This document shows, in pieces, positions 41,459 through 51,327 of a stretch of 58,576 nucleotides of DNA. This DNA comes from Kiloniellales bacterium. GTDB taxonomy: Bacteria; Pseudomonadota; Alphaproteobacteria; Kiloniellales; JAKSBE01. Position numbers and translations under genes: made by a program. Numbering within the stretch: the stretch's first letter is position 1; every line of letters starts with the position of its first letter. The stretch is from assembly GCA_028282935.1 (NCBI GenBank), contig JANQGU010000114.1:1-58576 (forward strand), read 5' to 3'. The notes under the pieces are model-generated. The model worked only from the letters and a program-made list of their open reading frames with translations. It searched no databases and was not told where the DNA came from.

Positions 41459-42154
41459 ATGAAGGATCCCAACGTCTACATCATGCTGATGTCGAGCCTG
41501 CCCAGTCCCGAGGCGCTCTTCCTCGCGAAGCGGCCGCCGCTGTCCCGCCTGAAGCTCGACCGGCGCCTGCGCGTCCTCGCGCCCGAGCACGCGCGGGCGC
41601 TGCGCCTGACCGAGAAGGTCGTGCACTGGGGCGACATCCCGCTCGCGGCCACGGACGCCGAGCTCGTCGCCCGGGCGAAGATGGCGGCGCGGGAGATCGA
41701 GAACGAGACCGTCCGGCTGCTGATCCGCGATCGGCTCGAGATCCGCACCTGCATGGCGGCCCTGCGCCGGCGCCTGCGTGGCGAGCCGGCGCCGGCCTCC
41801 GGAACCGACTGGGGTTTCGGTCGCTGGACGCGCCACATCGCGCGCAACTGGACGGAAACGAGCTTCCGCCTGGACGCGGTCTTTCCCTGGCTGCGCGAGG
41901 CCGACAAGCTCCTGAAGGATGGCGAGAGCCTGCCGCTGCAACGCTTGATCCTGCAGCAGGCCTGGAAGAGCGCGAAGCGCCGCAAGGGCGCGCACCAATA
42001 CGACTTCGAAGCCGTCGTCGTCTACGTGCTCATGTGGAACATCGTCGACCGCTGGGGCCGCTACGACGGCGAGAAGGCGGTCGAGCGCTTCGATCGGCTG
42101 GCCGAGGCCGCGCTGGGCGACCACGCAAAGCTGTTCGGGGAAGGACGAGCCTGA
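41459..42154 (+). CDS. DUF2764-like V-ATPase-associated protein (subunit C-like)
   Basis: Y.LMSSLP N-terminus and FEAVVVYVL.W.I.DRW; lies between subunits E and A. Confidence 0.78.
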   Translation: MKDPNVYIMLMSSLPSPEALFLAKRPPLSRLKLDRRLRVLAPEHARALRLTEKVVHWGDIPLAATDAELVARAKMAAREIENETVRLLIRDRLEIRTCMAALRRRLRGEPAPASGTDWGFGRWTRHIARNWTETSFRLDAVFPWLREADKLLKDGESLPLQRLILQQAWKSAKRRKGAHQYDFEAVVVYVLMWNIVDRWGRYDGEKAVERFDRLAEAALGDHAKLFGEGRA

Positions 42155-44157
42155 TGGCCAGCGACGACAAGCCAAAAGACGCCGCCGGTGCTGGGAATGC
42201 GGCGAAGGCCCGCAAATCGGCCCGCAAGCCGGCGGCGGCCCTGCCCATCAAACCCAAGACCAGCAGGCCCAAGCCCAGCAGGCCCAAGACCAGTAGGGCT
42301 GAGATCGGCAAACCGCGGGAGCGCCAGATGGTGGAAGCAAACCTGCAGGCGACGGCGCGCGTGGTCGCCGTCCAGGACGACCTCGTCGAGATCGAGGCCC
42401 TGGACGACCTCGAGGGCAAGCCCGCCGACCTGGTCAAGAACGAGGTGGTCTTCATCTGCCCCAGGAAGGTCAACGAGCTGGGCGAGCAGGAGAAGCTGAA
42501 GGCGGAGGTTCTGAGGGTTCGCGGGCGGACCGCCGATGCGCAGGTCTACGAGGACACCGCGGGCGTGGCCATTGGCGACGCGGTGGAGCAGAGCGGCGAG
42601 ATGCTTGCCGTCGAGTTGGGGCCCGGGCTCCTCGGCCAGGTCTACGACGGGCTGCAGAGCCCTCTGCACGATCTCGCCACGCGCTACGGCATCTTCCTGC
42701 CGCGCGGGGTGGCCACGGCGCCCCTGGACCCCAAGGCCAAATGGTCCTTCGTACCAAAGGTGAAGGTGGGCGCCACGGTCGCCGCCGGCGACACGATCGG
42801 GACCGTCCAGGAAGGCCGCTACACGCACAAGATCATGGTGCCTTTCGGCTGGCCGGGCGAATACAAGGTCTCCTGGATTCAGGAAGGGAACTTCACGGTC
42901 AGCGACACGGTCGCCCAGGTCGAGGACAAGGCGGGCCGCGCGCAGGACATCCGGCTGGCGCAGAAGTGGCCGGTGCGCCGCGCGGTCGACTCCAACCTGA
43001 CGCAGAGCCGGAGGTCGGAGCGGCTCTATCCCGACGAGCCGCTGGTGACGACCCAGCGCATCATCGACACCTTCTTCCCGGTGGCGCGGGGCGGGACGGC
43101 CTGCATTCCCGGGCCCTTTGGCGCCGGCAAGACGGTGCTGCAGAACATGATCTCGCGCTATTCCGCGGTCGACGTGGTCATCGTCGTGGCCTGCGGCGAG
43201 CGCGCCGGCGAGGTGGTGGAGACGATCAACGAGTTCCCCCAGATGAAGGACCCGCGCACGGGCGGCTCCCTGATGGACCGCACCATCATCGTCTGCAACA
43301 CCTCCTCGATGCCGGTGGCGGCCCGGGAAGCCTCGATCTACACCGGCCTGACGCTCGGCGAGTATTACCGGCAGATGGGCTTCGACGTCCTGATGATCGC
43401 CGACTCCACCTCCCGCTGGGCCCAGGCCATGCGCGAGACCTCGGGCCGGCTGGAGGAGATTCCCGGCGAGGAGGGCTTCCCGGCCTACCTCGAATCCTCG
43501 ATCAAGAGCGTCTACGAGCGCGCCGGCGTGATCAGGACCAACGACGCGTCGGTCGGCAGCCTGACCATGATCGGCACCGTGTCGCCGGCGGGCGGCAACT
43601 TCGACGAGCCGGTGACCCAGGCGACCCTGTCGACGGTCAAGGACTTCCTCGGCCTGTCCTACGATCGCGCCTACAAGCGCTTCTATCCGGCGGTCGACCC
43701 CCTGATCTCCTGGTCGCGCTACTCGGCGCAACTGGAGAGCTGGTTCGACAAGAACATCGAGGCCGGCTGGACCAAGCGGGTCTCGGAGATGCAGGACCTC
43801 CTGCACAAGGGCGAAGGCGTGTCGCAGATGATGCAGGTGACCGGGGAGGAGGGCATCACCACCGAGGACTTCGTGGTGCAGCAGAAGGCGCTCTTCCTCG
43901 ACATGGTCTACCTGCAGCAGGACGCCTTCGATTCGGTCGACGCCTCGGCATCCCTGGAACGCCAGAAGCTGACCTTCAACAAGGTCTACGACCTGGTGAC
44001 GCGCAGCTACGGCTTCGCCGACAAGGAGGCGGTCCGGGATTACTTCACCAAGCTCACAGGCTTGTTCAAGAACTTCAACTATGCCGCGGAGGACTCGCCG
44101 GACTACGACGGCCTCTTGAAGCAGATCGACGACCTCGCCGCCACGGCGCCCCACTAG
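42154..44157 (+). CDS. ntpA: V/A-type ATPase subunit A
   Basis: [38 protein letters not shown] and [10 protein letters not shown]; basic N-terminal extension. Confidence 0.96.
   Translation: MASDDKPKDAAGAGNAAKARKSARKPAAALPIKPKTSRPKPSRPKTSRAEIGKPRERQMVEANLQATARVVAVQDDLVEIEALDDLEGKPADLVKNEVVFICPRKVNELGEQEKLKAEVLRVRGRTADAQVYEDTAGVAIGDAVEQSGEMLAVELGPGLLGQVYDGLQSPLHDLATRYGIFLPRGVATAPLDPKAKWSFVPKVKVGATVAAGDTIGTVQEGRYTHKIMVPFGWPGEYKVSWIQEGNFTVSDTVAQVEDKAGRAQDIRLAQKWPVRRAVDSNLTQSRRSERLYPDEPLVTTQRIIDTFFPVARGGTACIPGPFGAGKTVLQNMISRYSAVDVVIVVACGERAGEVVETINEFPQMKDPRTGGSLMDRTIIVCNTSSMPVAAREASIYTGLTLGEYYRQMGFDVLMIADSTSRWAQAMRETSGRLEEIPGEEGFPAYLESSIKSVYERAGVIRTNDASVGSLTMIGTVSPAGGNFDEPVTQATLSTVKDFLGLSYDRAYKRFYPAVDPLISWSRYSAQLESWFDKNIEAGWTKRVSEMQDLLHKGEGVSQMMQVTGEEGITTEDFVVQQKALFLDMVYLQQDAFDSVDASASLERQKLTFNKVYDLVTRSYGFADKEAVRDYFTKLTGLFKNFNYAAEDSPDYDGLLKQIDDLAATAPH
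42253..42297 (+). repeat. 3 x 15-bp tandem repeat encoding [15 protein letters not shown]
   Basis: cccaagaccagcagg / cccaagcccagcagg / cccaagaccagtagg. Confidence 0.85.
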
Positions 44158-44286
44158 CGCAGCTCGCGCTCACGTGAACGCGGATGAGCTGCTCCCTCGC
44201 ACTCCTGTATGTCTGCAGATCTTAGTGCAAGAGTTGTGCGTTAGGAGGAAGAACAGGCTGCCGCCGCAGGCCTCTCTCTTACCCGT

Positions 44287-45543
44287 CTACTTGGCTGCAA
44301 TCACCGCCTTGGTCTCGTTTCGCTCCCAGTCCGTGATGTAGTCGCGGACCAATGGCACCGCATCCTGGTGTTTGGCCATCTGGATCTGAAACACCATGAG
44401 GCCGCTTCGGCGGAAGGCGAGTTCGCACCCTGTGAGATAGAAGTCCCACATGCGGCAGAAACGCTCATCATAGAGTGCTGCGATCTTTGCACGATTCTTG
44501 GCGAAGCGCTGCCGCCACGCGCGGAGTGTTTCAGCATAGTGGAGCCGCAAGATTTCAATGTCCGTGATCCACAGCTCCTGCCCTTCGATCACCGGCAACA
44601 CTTCGGACAAAGCGGGTGGGTAGGATCCCGGAAAAATGTACTTCCGAATCCAGGGGTTGGTGGCAGCCGGACCGTCCATTCGGCCAATGGAATGGAGAAG
44701 CGCCACGCCGTCTTCGGTCAATAGCTCCTTTACCTTCGCAAAGAAATCCCTGTAGTGGTTCACGCCGACGTGCTCGAACATGCCGACGGAGACGATCCGG
44801 TCGAACCGGCCTTTCAGCTCGCGATAGTCGCAGAGCTCGAAACGCACGCGATCTGCAAGCCCTTCTGCTTTGGCGCGTGCCCGGCTGACCTCAAGCTGTC
44901 GTTCCGATAGCGTGATCCCCAGAACCTCATCGGCCCCCGCCTTGGCGAGACCAAGTGCGAGCCCGCCCCAACCTGAGCCGATGTCAAGCACCCGGACACC
45001 TGGCTTCAAAAGCAGCTTGGCAGCGAGATGGCGCTTCTTCGCTTGCTGCGCCTCTTCGAGGCCATCAGTCTTCTTGGAGAAATAGGCACAAGAATACTGA
45101 CGATCCTCGTCGAGGAACAAATCGTACAGCTCTTCGGAAAGATCATAGTGGTGGGCCACTCGAGACTTGGCCAGCCAAGCTGGATTCCACTGGTACAGAC
45201 CTCGCACTAGCCGTTTGAAAATATAAGCTGTTTGGCCGGATGGTTGGCGGTACCAATCCGCCTCGGCTCGGGTCGCAATATCGAGAAGATCGTAGAGGCT
45301 GCCGCGTTCTATCGTCAGGTCGCCATTCGTGTAGGCCTCACCGAGAACCAGCCGTGCATTGACGATCAATCGGTGGTGGAGCGAGCGCTTGTGAAGCCTG
45401 ACTCTCACCCTCGGCCCATCTCCATTGTCTATTGCATATTGACGGCCCTGCGTGTCAATGATCTCTAAGTTTCCCCACTTAACGAGGCGGCTTGCTAATT
45501 TTGCGAGTAGCATAAGATCACTAAACTCCGAAATAGGAATCAT
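44287..45543 (-). CDS. cfa: Cyclopropane-fatty-acyl-phospholipid synthase family methyltransferase
   Basis: HHYDLS, QYSCAYF, VLDIGSGWGG, SVGMFEHVG, YIFPG and HYAETL; visibly lower GC than neighbours. Confidence 0.92.
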   Translation of the reverse strand: MIPISEFSDLMLLAKLASRLVKWGNLEIIDTQGRQYAIDNGDGPRVRVRLHKRSLHHRLIVNARLVLGEAYTNGDLTIERGSLYDLLDIATRAEADWYRQPSGQTAYIFKRLVRGLYQWNPAWLAKSRVAHHYDLSEELYDLFLDEDRQYSCAYFSKKTDGLEEAQQAKKRHLAAKLLLKPGVRVLDIGSGWGGLALGLAKAGADEVLGITLSERQLEVSRARAKAEGLADRVRFELCDYRELKGRFDRIVSVGMFEHVGVNHYRDFFAKVKELLTEDGVALLHSIGRMDGPAATNPWIRKYIFPGSYPPALSEVLPVIEGQELWITDIEILRLHYAETLRAWRQRFAKNRAKIAALYDERFCRMWDFYLTGCELAFRRSGLMVFQIQMAKHQDAVPLVRDYITDWERNETKAVIAAK

Positions 45544-46086
45544 TCAAATGTCGGTTTACGGATGAGAAAACTATGCCCTTAATGTTGAAAGTCACGGCGG
45601 ATGGAAGTTTCCTCTGGCACTGCAGGCCATGGTAAAAATGGATGCTTTTCAGCAAGTCATATATGAGGCGACTCTTCGGTGCCTTTGCCTTGTCGTCGAT
45701 GAATCAGGGGCCTTGGGCTCATCATCCTGGCCAGCGGCCAAACGCTGCGCATAACAGACCGTGGGGATGTTTGAACCTGGTCCGATCAGCAAAGAGCTGC
45801 CGAATTCAGTTGCTTGATGGGAGGCGCCCACACACGAATTGCGATCGCCCGAAAAGGGGGAAGTCCTAAAAGCGCTGAATCTTCACTATGGCCTGGTTCG
45901 TTCTTGACCTACGTCCTTAGTGCAGACAACAACGCGTGCGATGGCAGCCATCACCGAAGCAACCCCTTACTCCTTTCCAGATTGCTGTTCCTTGTAGCCG
46001 GTCCGCCAGCAGATGCTGGACGGGGCAACTACAAGTAGGTGTCGCCACTAGGTGATTCGGTTCACTTCGTCTGATTTTTTTTTTAG

Positions 46087-46275
46087 ATCGGCGGTCTCGA
46101 CGCCTTGGTCTTCACCACCGGCGTCGGCGAGAACGCACCGAAGGCGTGTAAGGGCATCTGCGATGGCCTGCCTTGGCTCGGCGTCGCGTTCGACGAGCAG
46201 GCCGATGCGCGAAACGCCGAGCGGATCAGCCGAGACGGCCGGGCGCCGCGGGTTACGTCGTCCCGCCCGAAAAGG
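46087..46275 (+). pseudogene. ackA: Acetate kinase C-terminal remnant
   Basis: Reads IGGLDALVFTTGVGENA...ICDGLPWLGVAFDEQADARNAERIS, then YVVP in a shifted frame; the 5' part is absent. Confidence 0.75.
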
Positions 46276-46489
46276 GGCGGGTTCATGCTTTGCGGCTCGT
46301 CGGCGACGGCGCTCAGCCGGTCCCCAGACGCGCCTATGGGCCACTTTAGGCCACTTCTCCCGATGACTCTGGAGCGGTGACCATAGCGTGGCAACGTGCT
46401 GTCCACACTTGGCAGCGAGAACCGAGGCCTCAATAATCCCGCCGAACCGAATCGGCGGCCTCCCGTCGTTTCGGCCGAGGTAGCAGAGG

Positions 46490-46921
46490 GTGCAACGCAC
46501 GATGACCTTCTTCGATCGTTTCTGCCGGGCCCTGGCGATGCCCTTGGCCCTGGTCGTTCTCTTCGTCTCCCTGCCGATCAACGTCTCCCAGGCTGCGCTG
46601 GTCACGACCGACCAGGTCCTGGCCGAGACCCAGTCCGAGGCGGATCGGGAGCGCGTGCTCGCCTTCCTCGCCCGGGAGGACGTGCGCCAGCAGATCTCGA
46701 GCCTCGGGGTCGACCCGGACGAGGCGGCGCGGCGCGTCCAGAGCCTTTCCGATGCCGAGATCGCGCAGATCGTCGATCAGATGGACCAGGATCCGGCGGG
46801 GCAGGGAGTCGTGGTGTTCCTGGTTGCGACGATCCTGATCATCTTCCTGATCCTGATCATCACCGACCTGATCGGCGTGACCGACGTCTTTCCCTTCATC
46901 AATCCGATCGGCGGCCGCTGA
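46490..46921 (+). CDS. PA2779-family protein
   Basis: Signal peptide; DRERVLAFLAREDVRQQ..LGVDP.EA..RV.SLSDAEI; ends ILIITDLIGVTDVFPF. Confidence 0.85.
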   Translation: MQRTMTFFDRFCRALAMPLALVVLFVSLPINVSQAALVTTDQVLAETQSEADRERVLAFLAREDVRQQISSLGVDPDEAARRVQSLSDAEIAQIVDQMDQDPAGQGVVVFLVATILIIFLILIITDLIGVTDVFPFINPIGGR

Positions 46922-47012
46922 GGCCTCGGCGCCGCCGTCCGGGCGCGCGGAGACCGGCGATCCCTCCGCGCGCTGTCCTTCACGCCCAGGGCGGATCGCG
47001 CGGCTGGCTCCG

Positions 47013-48020
47013 ATGCACTTCGATCAGGCTCAAATACCAAGTCCCCCCTGGCCCCTCCGCCCCGGGGCAGCATGCGCCGTCCGGCTTCTCCGGCTGGCGT
47101 CGCGCCTGGCCGGCTTGATCCTGGCCTTCGGGCTCACCGCCTGCGCGGCGACCCAGACCGAACGGCTGCTCGAGCAGCCGGACGGGCTTCCGCCGCGGGC
47201 CGAGATCGCGGAGGTGCCCTTCTTCCCTCAGGAGCGCTACTACTGCGGCCCGGCGGCCCTGGCCATGGTGCTGGCCTGGTCCGGCCTGCCGGTGACGGCG
47301 GAGGATCTGGTGCCGCAGGTCTATACGCCCGGTCGCGAGGGCAGCCTGCGCAGCGACATCCTCGGCGGGTCGCGCCGCAACGGCCGCCTGGCGGTGGAGG
47401 TCGGGCGGCTGGATGCGCTGCTGGCCGAACTGGCGGCGGGACACCCGGTCCTGGTCTTTCAGAACCTCGGACTCGATCTGCTGCCCCAGTGGCACTTCGC
47501 CGTCGCGGTCGGTTACGACCTCTCCGCCGGCACGATCATCCTGCATTCGGGAACGGAGGCCAGGCGCGAGCTTCCCCTGGCGACCTTCGAGCGGACCTGG
47601 CGGCGCGGGGACTTCTGGGCGCTGACCGTTCTGGCGCCCGACCGGCTGCCGGTGACGGCGGGCCAAAGGGATGTCGTCGAGGCCGCCGCCGGGCTCGAGC
47701 GGGCCGGGCGCCTCTCCGAGGCCGAGACCGCCTACGCGACGGCTCTGGGCCGATGGCCCGAAAGCCACACCGCGGTCATGGGGCTGGGGAACACACGCTA
47801 TGCTGCGGAGGATGCCTTGGGCGCGGAAGCCGCCTATCGGCGAGCCATCGAGCTACGCCCCGATTCGCCCTCGGCCTGGAACAACCTGGCCTACGCTCTC
47901 AAGGCACTGGGCCGTCGTTCGGAAGCCGTCTCGGCGGCGCAACGGGCGGTTGCGTTCGGAGGCGCTCAGACGACGCGGTATCGGGACAGCCTGCGGGAGA
48001 TCATGGACGACGGGCCGTGA
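47013..48020 (+). CDS. PA2778-family C39-like cysteine peptidase with TPRs (lipoprotein); start uncertain
   Basis: LTAC lipobox, VPFFPQERYYCGPAALA, PVLVFQNLG, WHFAVAVGYD and C-terminal TPRs. Confidence 0.88.
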   Translation: MHFDQAQIPSPPWPLRPGAACAVRLLRLASRLAGLILAFGLTACAATQTERLLEQPDGLPPRAEIAEVPFFPQERYYCGPAALAMVLAWSGLPVTAEDLVPQVYTPGREGSLRSDILGGSRRNGRLAVEVGRLDALLAELAAGHPVLVFQNLGLDLLPQWHFAVAVGYDLSAGTIILHSGTEARRELPLATFERTWRRGDFWALTVLAPDRLPVTAGQRDVVEAAAGLERAGRLSEAETAYATALGRWPESHTAVMGLGNTRYAAEDALGAEAAYRRAIELRPDSPSAWNNLAYALKALGRRSEAVSAAQRAVAFGGAQTTRYRDSLREIMDDGP

Positions 48021-48071
48021 GGCGCCGCTGCGGTCGGGACATCGACAAGCGTCGATATCCGGCTTTTTGGG

Positions 48072-48419
48072 TCAGATGGCCTCGCTCATCTGACGTGCGC
48101 TCGGGGCCGGGGGCCACTCTGGCAGCGCTTCGATCACCTCGGGAAAGCTCGGTGCCTCGGCCAAGAGGCTCTGGCCGTAGAGGCGGCAGCAATAGGAAAG
48201 AACGTAGGTCCCCTCCGAGCGCTTCAGCTTGAACACCGCTTCTCCCTCGGGCTCGCTCAATATCTCGGCATAAGCATCACCGCCATCGCCCCGAAGGTAG
48301 GAGAGGTAACCTGCGATGCCGCGGCTCAGGCGCCGGCGGCAGATCGTCTTCAGAGCGTCGATGTCCTCTCGCGAAAGGCCGTTCGCCTCCAGGACTGTCA
48401 GGACCGTTACCCCGGTCAT
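48072..48419 (-). CDS. Hypothetical protein (115 aa)
   Basis: GGAGGTG SD upstream of the ATG; globular-looking composition. Confidence 0.6.
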   Translation of the reverse strand: MTGVTVLTVLEANGLSREDIDALKTICRRRLSRGIAGYLSYLRGDGGDAYAEILSEPEGEAVFKLKRSEGTYVLSYCCRLYGQSLLAEAPSFPEVIEALPEWPPAPSARQMSEAI

Positions 48420-48836
48420 GTCACCTCCGTCGTGAATCCAGTAAGCATGAAAGCTTTGTGACAGGCACCATTATAGGTTGCAAATTCTGTCTTAGGAAGG
48501 TGTTAAAGCTGTGTCGTCGCCTATCGGCTTGAACACCGCGGCGACACGAAATGCTCGCCAGGGAGGAGTCCGCTTGCTGGTCTGCCCTAATCACCATGCA
48601 AGGAATCTGCAACAGCCACTAATGATAGTAAATTAGTAATTCCCCTAGGGGTGGTAACCTTTCGTTAACGGCCGGTCTGCGGCCCTTTTTGTCGTTTCAG
48701 CGACACCCGGTGACCCAAAACAGACTCCACCTTTTGCCTAGGCTCACGTAGCATCCGCGCCGGGGTCGGCCCTGTCGAAAGTTCTGCTGCGGGCGGGCCC
48801 TCCGGACAGCCGGCTCAGATCGGCCGAGAAAGAAGC

Positions 48837-49982
48837 GTGGGCAAAGACTCCACGCGCCAAACGGGGACGGATTTGGACGCCAAAGCCACGTCATACGGCG
48901 GCGATGCCATCGTGCGTTTCGAGCGGGTGCAAAAGAGCTACGATGGCGTTCTGCTGGTGGTCAAGGATTTGGACCTCGAGGTCCAGCGGGGCGAGTTCCT
49001 GACCCTTCTGGGGCCTTCTGGCTCGGGCAAGACCACGGTCCTGATGATGCTGGCGGGCTTCGAGACGGCGACCCACGGCGGCATCTTCCTGAAAGGCGAG
49101 CCGATCAACAACGTGCCGCCCCACAAGCGGGGGATCGGCATGGTGTTCCAGAACTACGCCCTCTTCCCCCACATGACCGTCTTCGAGAACCTGGCCTTTC
49201 CGCTGGAGGTGAGGCGGCTGGCCAAGGGCGAGATCCAGGAGAAGGTCCGGCGCGCGCTGGAGATGGTGCGCCTGGGCGGCTTCGAGAACCGCAGGCCGGG
49301 CCAGCTTTCCGGCGGTCAGCAGCAGCGCGTCGCGGTCGCCCGGGCCCTGGTCTTCGAGCCCGACCTGGTGCTGATGGACGAGCCCCTCGGGGCCCTGGAC
49401 AAGAACCTCCGCGAGGAGATGCAGTACGAGATCAAGCACATCCACGAGAACCTGGGCGTCAGCATGGTCTACGTGACTCATGACCAGTCCGAGGCGCTGA
49501 CCATGTCGAACCGGATCGCCGTGTTCAACGACGGCCGGATCCAGCAGCTGGCGGCGCCGGACGACCTCTACGAGCGCCCCGAGAACGCCTTCGTGGCCCA
49601 GTTCATCGGCGAGAACAACAGGTTGAGCGGACGGGTCAGCCATCTCGACGGCACCTCCTGCGCCGTCGACCTCGACGACGGCGGCGGTCGGGTCCAGGCC
49701 CTGGCCGTCAAGGTCGCCGGCGACCGGGCGCGCACGACCCTGTCCCTGCGCCCGGAGCGGGTCGCCATCAATCCGGAGGAGGGGGCCTTTCCGAACGTCT
49801 TCGAGGCCCGCGTCCAGGAGCTGATCTACCTGGGCGACCACATCCGGACCCGGGTGAGCCTCTGCGGCAAGGACGACTTCATCATCAAGGTACCCAACGC
49901 CCAGGGCCATGCCATGCTGCGCGAAGGCGAGCAGGTGCGCGTCGGCTGGGCGCTTGAGGACTGCCGGGCCCTGGATGCCTAG
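48837..49982 (+). CDS. PotA-like polyamine ABC ATPase
   Basis: GPSGSGKT, VFQNYALFPHM, LSGGQQQR and DEPLGALD; TOBE-like tail. Confidence 0.93.
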   Translation: MGKDSTRQTGTDLDAKATSYGGDAIVRFERVQKSYDGVLLVVKDLDLEVQRGEFLTLLGPSGSGKTTVLMMLAGFETATHGGIFLKGEPINNVPPHKRGIGMVFQNYALFPHMTVFENLAFPLEVRRLAKGEIQEKVRRALEMVRLGGFENRRPGQLSGGQQQRVAVARALVFEPDLVLMDEPLGALDKNLREEMQYEIKHIHENLGVSMVYVTHDQSEALTMSNRIAVFNDGRIQQLAAPDDLYERPENAFVAQFIGENNRLSGRVSHLDGTSCAVDLDDGGGRVQALAVKVAGDRARTTLSLRPERVAINPEEGAFPNVFEARVQELIYLGDHIRTRVSLCGKDDFIIKVPNAQGHAMLREGEQVRVGWALEDCRALDA

Positions 49983-50132
49983 GGGCATGAGCAGGCCCGC
50001 GTCAAGGCAGGCCCCGGGACCGGGGGCAAGGGAGCGCCAAGACTCCCTGCGGGAAAGGAAGACTCTGTTTGGGGAAGAGCGTGGGGGGCCGGACCGACGC
50101 GGCCCCGGTATCACATAGGGAGTTTGCGACAG

Positions 50133-51233
50133 ATGAAACGTGACCTGATGAAATCCTGCTTGGCCCTCGCCGGCGCGTCGGCCCTGGGGCTCTGGGCCGT
50201 GACGCCGGCGCTGGCCGCGGACAGCCTGACCGTGGTGTCCTGGGGCGGCGCCTACACCAAGAGCCAGGTCGAGGCCTATCACAAGCCCTTCACCGCCAAG
50301 ACCGGCACCAAGATCCTGTCGGAGAACTACAACGGGGGCTTGGCCGAGATCAAAGCCCAGGTCGAGGCCGGCAACGTCAACTGGGACCTGGTCGATCTGG
50401 AACTGGCGGACGTGGTCCGCGGCTGCGACGAGGGCCTGCTGGAGCCTCTGAACCTGGAGGCCTTGCCGGCATCGCCGGACGGCAAGCCGGCGCGGGACGA
50501 CTTCATCGCCGGGACCCTGCACGAATGCGGCGTCGCGACCATCATCTGGTCGACGATCTATGCCTACGATGACACCAAGTTCTCGGGCGCCAAGCCGACC
50601 GGCATCGCGGACTTCTTCGACACCGGGACCTTCCCGGGCAAGCGCGGCATGCGCAAGTCGCCCAAGGTCAACCTGGAGTTCGCCCTGATGGCCGACGGCG
50701 TGCCCTCGAACAAGGTCTACGAGGTGCTGGCCACGCCGGAAGGCGTCGACCGGGCCTTCGCCAAGCTCGACACGATCAAGGACCAGGTCGTCTGGTGGGA
50801 AGCCGGCGCCCAGCCGCCGCAGCTCCTGGCCGACGGCGAGGTCGCCATGACCACGGCCTACAACGGCCGGATCTTCAACGCCCAGGCGCAGGAGAACAAG
50901 CCCTTCGTGATCGTCTGGGACGGCCAGGTCTGGGACATCGACCTCTGGGGCATCCCCAAGGGCGCCAAGAACAAGGACGCGGCCATGGAGTTCATCAAGT
51001 TCTCCACGGACACCCAGCGCCTTGCCGACCAGGCGGCCTGGATCTCCTACGGCCCGGCGCGGCAGTCCTCGATCCCGCTGATCGGCAAGCACGCCGAAGC
51101 GGATGTGCCGATGGCGCCGCACATGCCGACGGCGCCGGAGAACTTCCGGACCGCGGTGCAGAACGACTTCGAGTTCTGGGCCGACTACCAGGACGAGTTG
51201 AACGAGCGCTTCAACGCCTGGCTGGCCAAGTAG
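50133..51233 (+). CDS. Polyamine-type ABC substrate-binding protein 1
   Basis: Signal peptide; LTVVSWGGAY, LEFALMADGV and QLLADGEV. Confidence 0.92.
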   Translation: MKRDLMKSCLALAGASALGLWAVTPALAADSLTVVSWGGAYTKSQVEAYHKPFTAKTGTKILSENYNGGLAEIKAQVEAGNVNWDLVDLELADVVRGCDEGLLEPLNLEALPASPDGKPARDDFIAGTLHECGVATIIWSTIYAYDDTKFSGAKPTGIADFFDTGTFPGKRGMRKSPKVNLEFALMADGVPSNKVYEVLATPEGVDRAFAKLDTIKDQVVWWEAGAQPPQLLADGEVAMTTAYNGRIFNAQAQENKPFVIVWDGQVWDIDLWGIPKGAKNKDAAMEFIKFSTDTQRLADQAAWISYGPARQSSIPLIGKHAEADVPMAPHMPTAPENFRTAVQNDFEFWADYQDELNERFNAWLAK

Positions 51234-51327
51234 AAGCCGAGCGGCGGGGCGGGTCGCCGGATCCGCCCCGTCGCTCCCTTTCCCGGGGCGCGGCTCCGGG
51301 ACGCCTGAGGGTGAGAGCGGAGCGGTA

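Noticed and set aside
45560-46070. Short ORFs upstream of cfa
   Set aside because: No recognisable motifs or SD; probably promoter or decayed DNA.
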